A stretch of DNA of 64,000 nucleotides from Octopus sinensis (lineage: Eukaryota), in NCBI RefSeq assembly GCF_006345805.1, contig NC_043005.1, positions 30,070,001 to 30,134,000 of the forward strand, given 5' to 3'. This document shows, piece after piece, positions 39,447 to 52,793 of the stretch. Within the stretch, counting starts at the first letter, position 1; each line of letters starts with the position of its first letter. The notes under the pieces were generated by a model, which worked only from the letters and a program-made list of their open reading frames with translations, searched no databases and was not told the origin of the DNA. The translations under genes and the position numbers were made by a program.

Positions 39447-39595
39447 CTGGACAGATGTATCCGTTTCTCTGTATATTGACCATTACCATGAACTGGATGT
39501 TCGCAGGGCTCATTCTTGACCACTTCAACACCTTCGCCACTTTCGCTTTGCTCATGGCTGTGTTTGGCTATCATGTACAGTTGGCCAATCTTGTA
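39447..39595 (-). CDS. PITPNC1: PITPNC1 exon 2 (149 nt); exon 1 not found in window
   Basis: gtttgtttcag / gtaaat. Reads YKIGQLYMIAKHSHEQSESGEGVEVVKNEPCEHPVHGNGQYTEKRIHLS(S), close to PITPNC1/RdgB-beta. I found no YRICMP-type first exon in 39596-64000. Confidence 0.97.
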
Positions 39596-40239
39596 CTGAA
39601 ACAAACAAAACAGAAATTAATCATGAATGTTACCACCACCTTTATCTTCTACCCAGGTACTCTCACCAGTGCTTGCCCTTCAACACCTGGCATGAAGCCA
39701 CAACCTTTCCCTCAAATGCACTCCCACTCACTCAAGGGATGTGTGAATTTTTCTTTCTATATCATTTGATTTTCCTCCCTATATCAATTTAGCAATTACG
39801 CAACAAAATCAAAGAGCATATTTATAACTAAATACCAACCACTTCTAAATACCTATGGCAGAAAAAGAACAACTACAGCCAACTCTGCTCCAATTTTTGC
39901 TGAAGTTACCACTACTATAACTACTACTAGTTGAACACTCCTGCTAATACTACTACTATGATCCAGTCACAATAAGAAGGAAACGAAATTTCAGCTTCAT
40001 GCTATTTATGTAAGAAAACTGAACTTCTGCAATCGATATCATGAAAGATTAATTTCATATATTTTATTTTACACTTTCATTTCAGCATGACTAAATCATC
40101 GTTTAAACAATAGAAACCAGTAGCACATTCTGACAAATGTTATTACTTTCTTCTTTTTTTCAATGATAATGTTCTCAGAGTATTTTTCTTTTTGTTCTTT
40201 AACATAAATTTACTCACGTGAAAACTTTTAACTTTTTCA

Positions 40240-40581
40240 AAACACAGACATATATACATACACAAACATGCACACACATGTATATACACATACATATATA
40301 TATATACACAAACATGCACACACATGTATATACACATACATATACACAAACATGCACACACATGTATATACACATACATATATATATACACAAACATGCA
40401 CACACATGTATATACACATACATATATATATACACAAACATGCACACACATGTATATACACATACATATATATATATATATATACATATATATACACACA
40501 CACCCATACATATACACACACACATACATATACACACACACACATACACACATACATACATACACACATACATACATACAC

Positions 40582-40612
<31 letters not shown>

Positions 40613-40661
40613 CACACACCCACATATATATATATACACACACACACCCACATATATATAT

Positions 40662-40692
<31 letters not shown>

Positions 40693-40705
40693 CATACACA
40701 CACAC
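40240..40705. repeat. Compound CA/TA low-complexity tandem array
   Basis: About five ~40-bp units (cacaaacatgcacacacatgtatatacacatacata...) followed by (CA)/(TA) runs. This array generates the spurious ORFs here. Confidence 0.9.
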
Positions 40706-40894
40706 GTACATATCACCTAAAGAAATGAATCCATGAAGACAATCAACCTGATCTCCATGGATACTAAGGACTGCACTATAACCATCCGAGGAATATGGAC
40801 TGTGATCTTAAGAGACGTGGTTTGTGGAAATGCACATAGCAATGCATTAAAATGTTTATAAATTCCATCCAAGGATTATTGTTATTGTTACTAT

Positions 40895-40930
<36 letters not shown>

Positions 40931-40972
40931 CAAAAATTTAGATTCAGATGAATATCCTTGTTGCTTATTTTG

Positions 40973-41009
<37 letters not shown>

Positions 41010-42078
41010 TGCATATATACGTATAGATAGATGGATGGAGAGATAGATGTATCACTGCTACAATATATAGAATATATAAATCTCATTGTTATGATATTCT
41101 GGTTGGTCTGGGGTTACAGCAGAAGACATTTGTTGAAGGTATCACAACAGGAGTGAACCTAAACCCACATGCTTAGGAAGCAAACTTCTTAACTACGCAG
41201 CCATGTTTTTACCTATTATGAATATATCACAACAAAAGTACATCAAAATGAAGTTAAAATTCTCTTATAATTGGAGCTGAGAGCAGATACAGTTGATGTC
41301 TTGCCTCAGATCTACAAATTAATTGCCAATCATGTAGTTGGTGACACAGTAGATTATCTCTGATCTAGATTTACCTCAGTAATCCTATAACTAATGTTAT
41401 CTTAACTCAGGTTTAAACCTACCCTAGAATTGTTAATTAACACTCTCATTAACAGTAATTATGTGTTAGATTTAAAGCAATAAATGAAAACAATATTTAC
41501 AAATGAAGTCCATTCAGTTATTTTATTCCTGATATTGTATTTATGCTTCCGTCACTAACCCAATGTCTATTTTGCTGGCATGGGTCTGGACAGCAGGTTC
41601 TCTGAAGCAGGACTTTACAACCAGATGCTCTTCCTGTCACCAACCCTAAACTGCTTCTGAAGAAAGGATTTATTTATTCTACAGTGGAGAGGGATCAAAA
41701 GGGTTTTGTTGAAAGCATAACATTGATATGTATCACTGACATATTCCACAGAGTCTAATCCTTCACTATTTCTATTTCCTATACAAACACACATACAAAA
41801 CGTGTGTGTGTGTGTGCATGTATGTGTGTGTGTGTGTGGGTATACATACACATCTTTTACATGTTTGTTTAGAGTCCAGTATTTACGTCTTTTTAAGCCT
41901 GGTGGTTAAGTCTAATACTTATTCCACTGATTCTTTCGCTGAACTGCTAAGTCGTGAGAATGCAAACAAATCAACACTAGCTGTATATACACACATATAC
42001 ACATGATACACACACACATATATACGAGATACACACACACACACACACACATATATAGGAGATACACACATATGAGAT

Positions 42079-42109
<31 letters not shown>

Positions 42110-45100
42110 CGATACACACACATACAAGATGCATACACATATACGAGATACACACACACACACACATATATATATATACGAGCTTCCACACAAATTCCAT
42201 CAACCAAAATCACTCACATGGTATTGGTCAGCCTGGACAATAGTAGAAGACACTTGCCCAAGGTGCTGCACAGTGGGACTGAACCAGAAACCATGTGATT
42301 ACAAAGTGACCTTCTTAACCGAACAGCCATGGCTGCACCTATTATATAGGAAAAACGTTATTAACCAGTAGCAGTCATACATCTAACTATGGGTGTGTGT
42401 GTGTTTGTGCCTGTCTACACCAATTATATTAATTGGCTCAATTAAGAAACATTTCAGTCTTTGATGAGGTCTGCAACCACTTTGATCTTGTTCACTATTT
42501 TATCACAATGTCTTCTTTTGAAACGGAGGAGAAGAAATGGCTGCAGAGACGAACAATCTACAAACATACAACATTCAGTTGATTCTTTGGTGAAGAAGTT
42601 ACAAAGACGGTGAAACTCTCTAACCAAAGGGAGGACCACTTGCTCAATGTTATTCTCCGTCTGGTCAACCCATTGCTTTCCCAAGCAGAAGACTGATCAG
42701 GACCGACCAGGGCTAAGCAACACCTTAAGAAAGTGAAAAATGCTGATGCTGATGGTAATGATAATGTCATAATAGTTGTGGTGGGAATGTTAATGGGGTA
42801 AATAAATGGGAGAATCATGGTAGTGATGGATGTAATAATAGTCAGGACTGTGGTGAGAAAGGTAGTAGTGGTGGATGGAGTGGTAATGGAGGTGGTGATG
42901 GCAGTCACAGCTGTGATGGTGGTGGTGGCAGTTCTGACAGTAGTGATGGTGGTTGCAAGGGTAACGATAATTATGGCGGTAGTGGAGGTTGTGATGGTGG
43001 TGGTGGTGGTGGTTGCAGCATTTATGATCTTATTCACCTGATAAGTCAACAGGTACCAATGAACAACCAAGACATTAGATTAAAAGCTGATTTGGCAAGA
43101 TTATCTGATCAATATTTCTATACTAATAACCAATACACACACACACACACACACAAACATATCTAAAAATGAAAGAATCGTTGTTTAGGTAACATCTTAT
43201 TACTGTAACAAAAGAAAACCTATGCACACAAACACACACAACATTTCCAATGGATCTCCATCAGTTTCTATGATGAGTATTCAGTAGTTTAGACTGAATT
43301 ACCTCTTCCTTGGATTAGCAAGCACATGGCTGAATATCCCACAGATACATGTACATCATCATTATCAATGGTTTTACATCGACTTTTCTCTGCCTGCATG
43401 GGTCAGACAGAATTCACCGAGGCAGATACCCTTTCTCTTGCAAACCCTAACCTATTTCAAAGCAACTTAAAATTTTCCTCATGCCGGTGCCACATGAAAA
43501 ACACCCAGTCCACACTCTGTAAAGTGGTTGGCATTAGGAAGGGCATCCAATTATAGAAACCATGCCAAAACAGACATGGAACCTGAGCAACTCTTTGGCT
43601 GGCCAGCTCCATATCAAACTGCCCAACCCATGCCAGCATGGAAAACAGACATTAAAATGAGGATGATGGTGATGATGATGAGGCATCTTTTCATGAAAGA
43701 CTGGAGATGAATGACACTGCTTGTATCACAGTCACACTTGTTTACAACTATCATGCAAAGCGGCACACATACACACAGGAGAATTTAGTTCCTTGCCACA
43801 ATACCGGAAAGAGTCAGAAGTGGTCATTGAAGAATTTCTATGGCTTCACCAACCCTAATTCCTGGCCTCCTAATTCTCCCAATTTAATCCCATGGATTAT
43901 TGTGTGTGAGTTGTGGTTGAGAAAGATACCAACTTGCTCTGTGTACAGTTACTGAATTTTATATTATTGTGTTAAAGACTTAGAATATTGATTTTGCTGT
44001 GTTTTCTTTTTTTTCATATAGACCTTAGAGAAGGCAGATATTCAAAGGTGAACAGAGTGAGATTTTGTGGTATCCATGCCTCTCTCCTAAAGGTCTATTC
44101 AATACAAGAAAAGTGAAAAAGTTACAAATACAAATTGAAACCAGATCAGACCAAGTTTGGTTGTGTAGTCACTCTAGTGAATAACTATAAAACCATGAAT
44201 TAACAAACTGCACTGAGACACACCATTCATACCACCATATACTGGAGGTAAACAGACTTGGCACTTCCACAGACCAATTACATATAATTATAGTCTGTGA
44301 TCATTTTTGTGTCATTTAAAGAAAACCTGACAAACCAAATAATTTGAAGAATTATTTTTAATATCCAAAGGAAGTGTTTAAAGCTAGCAAAGCCAAACTT
44401 GTGTCTGCTTTGAAATATGGTGTGAATTATAATGAGAAATTACAGAAACTTGCCAAAAACCCAGCTTTTAGAAGACAAACTTTTTTTAATTTTGATGTTC
44501 TTGACACTATGAACATAACAAAATAATATGCAGGTCTAATATTGGCACAAAACCTTAGATTTTAGAGAAGGGCATGGTTAATTATATCACTCCCACTACT
44601 TGAGTGAGATTTTATTTTATTGATTCTGTGAAGATAAAAGGCCAAGTTAACCAAGGTATGATCAGAAACCAAAAGGTAAGACTTACAATGAAATAATGCA
44701 GCTTGACCATTTCACAAAATATAAGAATAATGATTTCAAATTTTGGCTCAAGGCCAGCAATTTTAGTGGGTCAATGTAAATAACCCCATCATTGAGTGGT
44801 ACTTATTTTATCAATCCAGAAAGGATGAATAGCAAGGTTAACCTCAGCAGAATGTGAACTCAGATGTAAAGAGCTTGCATACATAGCACTAAGCATTTTG
44901 TCCAACATGCTAATGAGTTTGTCAGCTCACTGCCCTAATAATTAACATTAATGATAATGAACTATTTTCTAACACAAAATCAAGGTCAGACATCTGGAGG
45001 AAGAGAATAATTCTCTCTCTCTAGTCCTCTCCCTGCCAAGTGTATCATTGCTATCTTGTTTACCCATCTACCCATGTTTCACCCTATCTACCCATATTTC

Positions 45101-46450
45101 ACCTCTTACTGCATTCCCCCTCTCCCTCCCACCTGCCCCTTTTGCACTTCTGCGAACAACTTGCTAATGCACCTTAAGCAATCTTTTACTATTCCATTTA
45201 TATTCACACCCTTGTACCTTGAGAGTTATGCCCTCACAGAGCTCTCTCTCTCTCTTTCTCCCCCTCTGACTAGGGTAACCATATATCTCTTCTACAGCAA
45301 GACATTTGTTTCTTCTGTCCTCCAATCATAGTTTTACTTATCACCAGGCACAAAGCCACCCCACTCAATACAACTCCCCATCTCGGTTGAGGCCGGGGGG
45401 GGGGTCTTTGTCTTGCAAGTTACTTGGTGACCTCATCAGAGGTGGTGCCACATAAAAAAACACCCAGTCCACTGTAAAATGGTTGGCATTAGGAAGGGCA
45501 TCTAGCCGTAGAAACCATGACAAAGCTGACAATGGAACTCTTGGCACAGTCCTCTGGCTTGCCAGCTCCTGTGAAGCTGTTCAACCCATACCAGCATGGA
45601 AAAACGGACATTGAATGGTGATAATCTTGGAAGGATGAAAAACAAAGTTGATCTTGGTGGAATTTAAACTGAAAATGCAAAGAACCATAACTAAATACCA
45701 AAAAGTCACTTAGTTTGACCCTTTAGCAAGTCTATCAATGCCTAAAATAATAACAAATCTGCTGTGAGAAGAATTTGAGGTGATTGCTCTTGGTGGGTTG
45801 GTATCAAAAGGATTAACCCAAGCTCAACTCTGATTGAACAAATCAATGATAATAAGCATTCTACTTCATAATTTTTCTTTCAGATCGGTGTTGATGACCA
45901 CATTAGCTAGTGTGTCCATTTTTAAGACAGTAGAATATGACTTTAGAGAGAAATTCAGCTTCTATTTCTAGCATATTTAGCAACCACATAGTAGTCAAAG
46001 TGCTAAACTACCAGCTCATATTCTATGAATTCATATCAACAGCAATTGTTTGGTGCAGTTTTGTTGATCAAGAGTACCATTAATTGATACAGCAGAAGAG
46101 TACCATTAATTGATACAGAAGAAGAGTATCAATAATCTGGTTTATTGCCAGTGGATTGGCATCCTATCCAGGAGACTACAAATTGATAAACCACTCTGCA
46201 GAGAATCTAGTAAAGGAGCTTCTATAGAGTGGGGGGGGGGAGTAATTCAACTCCCTAAAAATAACAGTCAAATTTTCTCCCAAGTCACATACAATACAAA
46301 AAAAAAATAAAGGACATTGGATGATGTAATCCAAGACAGACAATACCTGGTCATGGCTGGAATGTTTTAGATCACAGGACTACTGATTGAAGGCTGTCTT
46401 GGAGTTAACATCAACCTTCATGATAGTAATTTTTATCAATGCAAAAGATA

Positions 46451-46834
46451 TCTCTCTATATATAAACGGCAGTTTGTCTGTGCGTGTTTCTGTGTGTCTG
46501 TTTGCTTGTACCCTCACCCTGACCACGGCTTTCAACCGATTCTGATGGAACTTGACACACACATAGCCCAATGTCATAATTCAAAACTAACGCAGCGAAA
46601 ATTTTGAAAAGTTCCCCCAGTTCTGAAAAAAATCGATAAATTCAACATGGGGTCGAGAATCAGAAACACAAACCGCAAACTGTCTAGGGGACGCAACTCC
46701 ACCTTTTTTTACTCTCAAAAAAAATTTACCATCATTTTTTTCCATTTTTTTGCTATTTTTTGGCTATATCTCTATAAAAGTGCTTTATAGTTATTTCCCT
46801 TACAAACCTGAGCAATGCCGGGCGATACTGCTAG
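46451..46834 (+). mobile_element. Non-autonomous Helitron
   Basis: Starts A|TCTCTCTATATATAAA and ends with the subterminal hairpin cctgagcaatgccggg (46807-46822) then CTAG|T. Inserted between A and T with no TSD. Confidence 0.82.
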
Positions 46835-49800
46835 TCTAAAATAATAATAATGATTTCAAATATTGCAACACGGTTAGTAATTGGGGGGGGGTAAGTTGAT
46901 TACATCCACCCAGTATTCAACTGGTACCTATTTTAATGATCCTGATAGGATAAAAGGCAAAGCTGACATTGGTGGAATTTGAACTCAGGACGTAAAGGCA
47001 AACAAAATGCCACTAAGTGTTTTGCCCAGCATGCTAACAGTTCAGCCAGTTCAATGTAGCAGTAGTAGTAAATAAGTAAGTAGGTAAATGATAGATAAAA
47101 TGTGTGTCTAAATTGAAATGGGAATTTTCTAGAATAAAATATTTTCTTCAGCAGTTCATGCAATATTGAAGAATCCATCAGATCAGGCCAACAGAAGAAA
47201 CCAAACTGGGAATGACATTAAAGACTCCAGAGTGTCCATTGCGTCATGCTGGGAAACATTTGAAATGTCTCACTTGAAGTCACTTGTTTTATGTGACACC
47301 AGAGCAATGTTAAAGCCAGTAACATCATCAGCTGGAACTAAATATCTTATTAATTCAACTGATATTAATGACTCTGTCTTTATGGTAATACTGTCATTTT
47401 ATAAATTTTGATTTCAGAATTCTAACCAAACACAATGTCTTGCAGAATTTGTTCTGGCTCCCAGCACACATCATCATCACCATCATCGTTTTAATGTCAA
47501 CTTTTCCATATTTGTATGGGTTAGATGGACTTCATTGAGGCAGATATTTTCTATGGCCCAAGGCTCTTCCTGTTGCCAATTTTCATCTGTTTCCAAGCAA
47601 GCTAATATTTTCCCATAGCCAGACATGTTTTCCCAAAAGACAGAAAATGAAGGACACCACTTATATGGCGGTGATGCTCGTTTACAACTATTACACAATA
47701 ATGAGACAAGGGGGGACAAACGCTCACACACATTAACACAGGCATACATGTGTGATGGGCTTCTTTCAGTTCCATCAACCAAATCGAGAAAATAAACAAG
47801 AGAGAGATGGGAATGATAGAGAGAGATGGTGAGAAAGATAGAGAACTGGTGGAAATTAGAAAGAGAATGAAAGAAGTTGGGAATGATAGAGAGAGTTATT
47901 TAAAATGGCACAGAAGGATGCCAGGAATGACTGAAAATGCAGAGCAGGGACAAAATGACCAAATTTAAAACTTGTGTTTAGGAAGCAAACTTCTCAAACC
48001 CACAGCCATGTTGGTGCCCGCTATGTCCAAATTCCGCCAAAGTCTATTTTACCTTTCATTTTTCCAGGGTCAATAATTAAAATAACCAATCAAGCCCTGA
48101 ATCAGAATGAGTGGGTCTTGATTCGTCTCTCTAACATTCTCTGAACTGGTTACATTAAACTTTGAGAAGGGTTGTTGAGTGGGGCACAATCATTCGCAGT
48201 ACCATTTTCTTAGGGAATGGAAAAAGGCTGAGTGAGGAACCAACAACCATTGATCATAGAAAAACTGACAGGCAACTGGAGCCATCAGAGAACAAATTGA
48301 TGTGCAGTGTAGTATGGAATGGAAATAACAGGAAAATAATGAATTGGAAAGGAATAAAGTTGTAGGGCTAGGTCTGTGGAATGGCTCCTAATTCATGGCA
48401 TTCAAATGAACTAAAATATTGAAGAAGAACAAAAACTGGTGGAATACGTTTTATTAGATCATCATAAATTACTGTCTCAAGTTCCAGGACACATAGAACT
48501 GGTTACCCAGTTTCTGTGGTATACAAGTGGCTGAAGACAGAACATTCCTCTTGAACAGGGTACCATTCCATCACAGGTTCACTCATTCACAGCTGAGTGG
48601 ACTGGAATAATGTGAGATGAAGTATATTACTCGAGAACACAACACACCACCCAGGAATCAAAAAGCTAGTATCTTGTGATCATGAGTGCAACACCACTAG
48701 GCCAGGCGCCTTCGCTTGTATTAATTCTGCCATATTTGTCCATTTATAGCCAGACAAACATATATCAAAGTAAAACAGTAAAATCTGCAGAAACTAGAGA
48801 CAGTCTATGACAGCAAATACCAGTAAATATGAATGGCCAAATGTCCACGAAGACACATAAATTATTTTCTTGTAAGCAAGAGAAGTTAACATTTCCCCCA
48901 TGAGCCCTCATCCAGGTACCTCCTCTTCAGCAAGACACTTGTTCCTGTTCCTCAATCATACTTTCACCTGTCTCAGTACTATACTCTTACTCAGCTGTGG
49001 GGAATGGGGCCATGCAAGTTAATTGGGGACCTCTCTAGTGCCGGTGTCACACATACACACACACACACACACACAAAAGCACATAATACATTCTGTAAAG
49101 TGGTTGCCATCAGGATGGGCATCCAGCCATAGAAAAACCATTCCAAAAATAGGCATTGGAGCTCTGGCCATCCAACCCATGCTAACACAGGAAACAAATG
49201 TTAAACAATGATGATGATGATGGTGAGGAAGTAAAAAAATATATGTTTTTTGATTTCTTTCTTTGGTGAAAAAAGCTGGTTGAGGAGAGAACTGCAGAAA
49301 GATTTCATCTTAAGATGGCAAGATTGAGAATAATGAATAATATATGCAAATTGAACGTAAAGAATAGTAAATTGGATACCACAAATAATATAAATAAATT
49401 GAGTAGAATAAATAAAGATATGTAAAATTGGATTGAATAAATAACATATGTAAATATAATAATAAATATGTGTAAATTTATCAAAGCTTCTCATTTCCAT
49501 GTAATCTATAGATTGGTGAGTGAGAGTAATTAAAGATTTTACAGGCGAAGAGGCGACATATTTTACAAGAAGTTAACTGCAATGGATGATGGAGAGAGAT
49601 GTGGTGAGAGAGAGAGATGGTGAGAATGACAGATATTGGGAATGATAAAGAGAGATGGTGAGAAGGATAGAGAACTGGAGGAAATTAGAAAGAGAGAAGG
49701 TTGGAAAGATAGAGAGAGAGAGTTATTAAAATAACCGAGAGGGTTGTCAGGAATGATTGAAAATGTAGAGTAGAAAAGAAATGATCATGTAATATTTTAA

Positions 49801-51595
49801 TCTCCAGTCAAAGTTGTCTGCTTTACAAGGAAATCTAACAATACAATGCAAGAAGAAAAATAAAAACAGAGAAACAAATATATAAATATATAAAATCTTA
49901 ACATAATTGCTACTGGAACAAAAGAGACAAGATGATAGGTTTCGAAATGGAATTAATTACATGTGTGTGTGTGTTTGTGTGTGTGTGTGTGAGTGAGAGA
50001 GAGAGAGAGAGTGAGTGTTTCTCTCAGAGAGAGAGACGAACAGACAGAGAGAGAGAGATAAGGGGTTTGGAAAAGAAAGTAGAGGAGAATTATTCTGAAG
50101 GCAGTTAATTTCATTAAAAGTAGTGTGAGATTAAACTGCTGTGAAAGGTTTACAGTCAAGCTGAAAATAATAATTAAAAGACAAAACACTATAATTTTTT
50201 TTCTTTCTTTCTTTTCACCAGTAATCTTCATAATACAAAGGAAGAGAATCACCAAATCCTTCACTAACAATAGCTTCTTTATCAGTTTGGCATTTAGGAC
50301 TTTCTAGAATGTCATGGAAACACTGACAAAGTACCAAGTTGAATAGCAACAACAAAATATGTGTGTTCTACTTTTGTTTCAGTCAATGGACTGTGGCCAT
50401 GCTGGGGTTTTAGCCAAACAAATCAACTCCAGTATTTATTTTGAAAGTTTAGCACATTCTATCAGTCTCTTTTGTTAAAATGCAAAGTTACATGGACATA
50501 AATAAACCAACACCAGTTGTCAAACTGTGTTTGTGTGGGGAACAAACACTGACACAGACACACATTTATATATATATATATATATGCATACACACACATG
50601 TATACATTCATGTATACACAGTTCCTGTATACTAAACCCATCCATATGGTGTTGGTCAGCCCAAGGCTAAAGTAAAAGACAGTTGGTTAATGTGTCCTGC
50701 AGTGGAATTGAACCCAAAACTATGTAGTTGCAAAGCAAGCTTCTTAACCACAAAGACATGTCCATCCCTATATAGAGGGAAGACGAGATCCTCTATAGGC
50801 AATGTAGGATTGCCTATACTGTCCAAAAGTTTCAATCAACTGGTCTCATGGCAGCTATCTACCTTGAACCTCTCTAGAGGGAGTTTTTAAGTGCACTAAT
50901 TACTTGTATCATTCTCAGTTGATCAAAATTTTACAACTTGAAGGTCATATGTGATACCCTACCATATTTGCAATTAGTATGCAGAATGCTCTCCTGAGGA
51001 ATTTTTTCATAAAGTCAGCTATTATCAATTCATAGAGATGACCTTCCAATTATTATTATCTACAGGATGGTCATGACATCAGATATAAATAAATTAATAA
51101 ACTCTTGCCCCACAAGGTAACAAGTCTGATGATAAAGGCAGATATCACAGATTAATTCTGGCACATTATTATTTTTTGCTACAACAGAATCATTAGAGTA
51201 TTGGACAAAATACTCGAAAGTATTGTTCTGGATCTTTCTATTCTGAATTCAAATCATACCAAGCTCAAAATTGTTGGCCTTGCACCAAAATTAGAATTAT
51301 TATCTACCAACACACACACATCACTTTGACAGCTGATACGTGGCACACTGTGTACCTGTACAGATATGGTCAATTTAATGGAGGTAGTGGTCATGCAGCA
51401 CAAATATTTGAGCACTAAAAATGAATTACCTGCACAGGTTGTTTAACAAAATGTTGCAGAACCTTCATATGTTGTCTATGACAAGAGAGTCCAGCAAAAA
51501 TATGTATGTGTGTGTCTGTATATATATATATAGTGAGAATTTACAAAAAAACAAAAGACAAATACAAGCATATATATATATATATATATAGACAT

Positions 51596-52207
51596 TATTA
51601 AAAAGTAGCAAAAATATCACAAAAACTGTTACTCAGAGTTTCCCGTTCTCGTTTGTTGGACAGTTTTGTTTAGAATGGATGCACATTTGAAAATGGTTTT
51701 GTTTAATTGGTCCTTTCGAATAACGCTCTTTACAATAACCAGTTGCATGCAATGAACAAATTTCGGTATAAGATCATCTTACTATAAAATCAAAGAAAAC
51801 CTTAAATCAAAAATAGCTTATAAAGAAGGACAGAGTCAAAATACCCAGGAAAATAATTATTTGTAAAATATTAATCAATTAATACATTAAAAATTATGTC
51901 CATTTAAAAAAAATTTTCACATTGGATTACATATACATTTAGCAGTATATGCACATATCAAACCGTCTATAATATAATGATGATGTATATTAAGATGATT
52001 TTATACCAAATTGCATGCAACCAGTAATTGTAAAGACTGTTAGTTGAAAGGACCAATGAAACAAAACCATTTTCAAATGTGTATCCATTAAACTAATTGT
52101 ATATGTTTGCTTATAACCTTATTTCTGTTCTATTCTAAACAAAACTGTCCTACGAATGGGAAACTCTGAGTAACAGTTTTTGTGCTATTTTTGCTGCTTT
52201 TTAATAA
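51596..52207. repeat. Interrupted inverted repeat of the same family as 23632-23833
   Basis: ttattaaaaagtagcaaaaatatcacaaaaactgttactcagagtttc... pairs with ...gaaactctgagtaacagtttttgtgctatttttgctgctttttaataa. Confidence 0.8.
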
Positions 52208-52301
52208 AGTATATTACTCTATCTCTGGTATTTGAGTACTATTTTTCCATCTTGTTTCACATTTATGTGATCACTCTAGTGTGTATATGTATGTATGTAT
52301 G

Positions 52302-52762
52302 TATCATCATCATCATTTAGCATCCGTTTTCCATGCTAGCATGGGTTGGACGGTTCAACTGGGGTCTGGGGAGCCCGAAGGCTGCACCAGGCCAGTCAGA
52401 TCTGGCAGTGTTTCTACAGCTGGATGCCCTTCCTAACGCCAACCACTCCGAGAGTGTAGTGGGTGATTTTATGTGCCACCGACACAGGTGCCAGACAAGG
52501 CTGGCGAACGGCCACGCTCGGATGGTGTTTTTATGTGCCACCGACACAGGTGCCAGACGAAGCTGGCGAACGGCCACGCTCGGATGGTGTTTTTATGTGC
52601 CACCGACACAGGTGCCAGACAAGGCTAGCAGACGACCACGCTCGGATGGTGTTTTTATGTGCCACCGACACAGGTGCCAGACGAGGCTGGCAAACGGCCA
52701 CACACGGATGGTGTTTTTATGTGCTACCGACACAGGTGCCAGACGACCACGCTCGGATGGTG

Positions 52763-52793
<31 letters not shown>

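Noticed and set aside
40143-40736. Six overlapping 130-186-aa ORFs (also 41912-42371, 55327-55902 and 33483-33793)
   Set aside because: They are translations of (CA/TA/TG)n low-complexity arrays (VCVYIY / HTHIY) and are open on both strands.
42558-43070. 170-aa Thr-rich ORF resembling a mucin
   Set aside because: It arises from degenerate (GGT/GAT)n trinucleotide sequence, with no splice context or domain.
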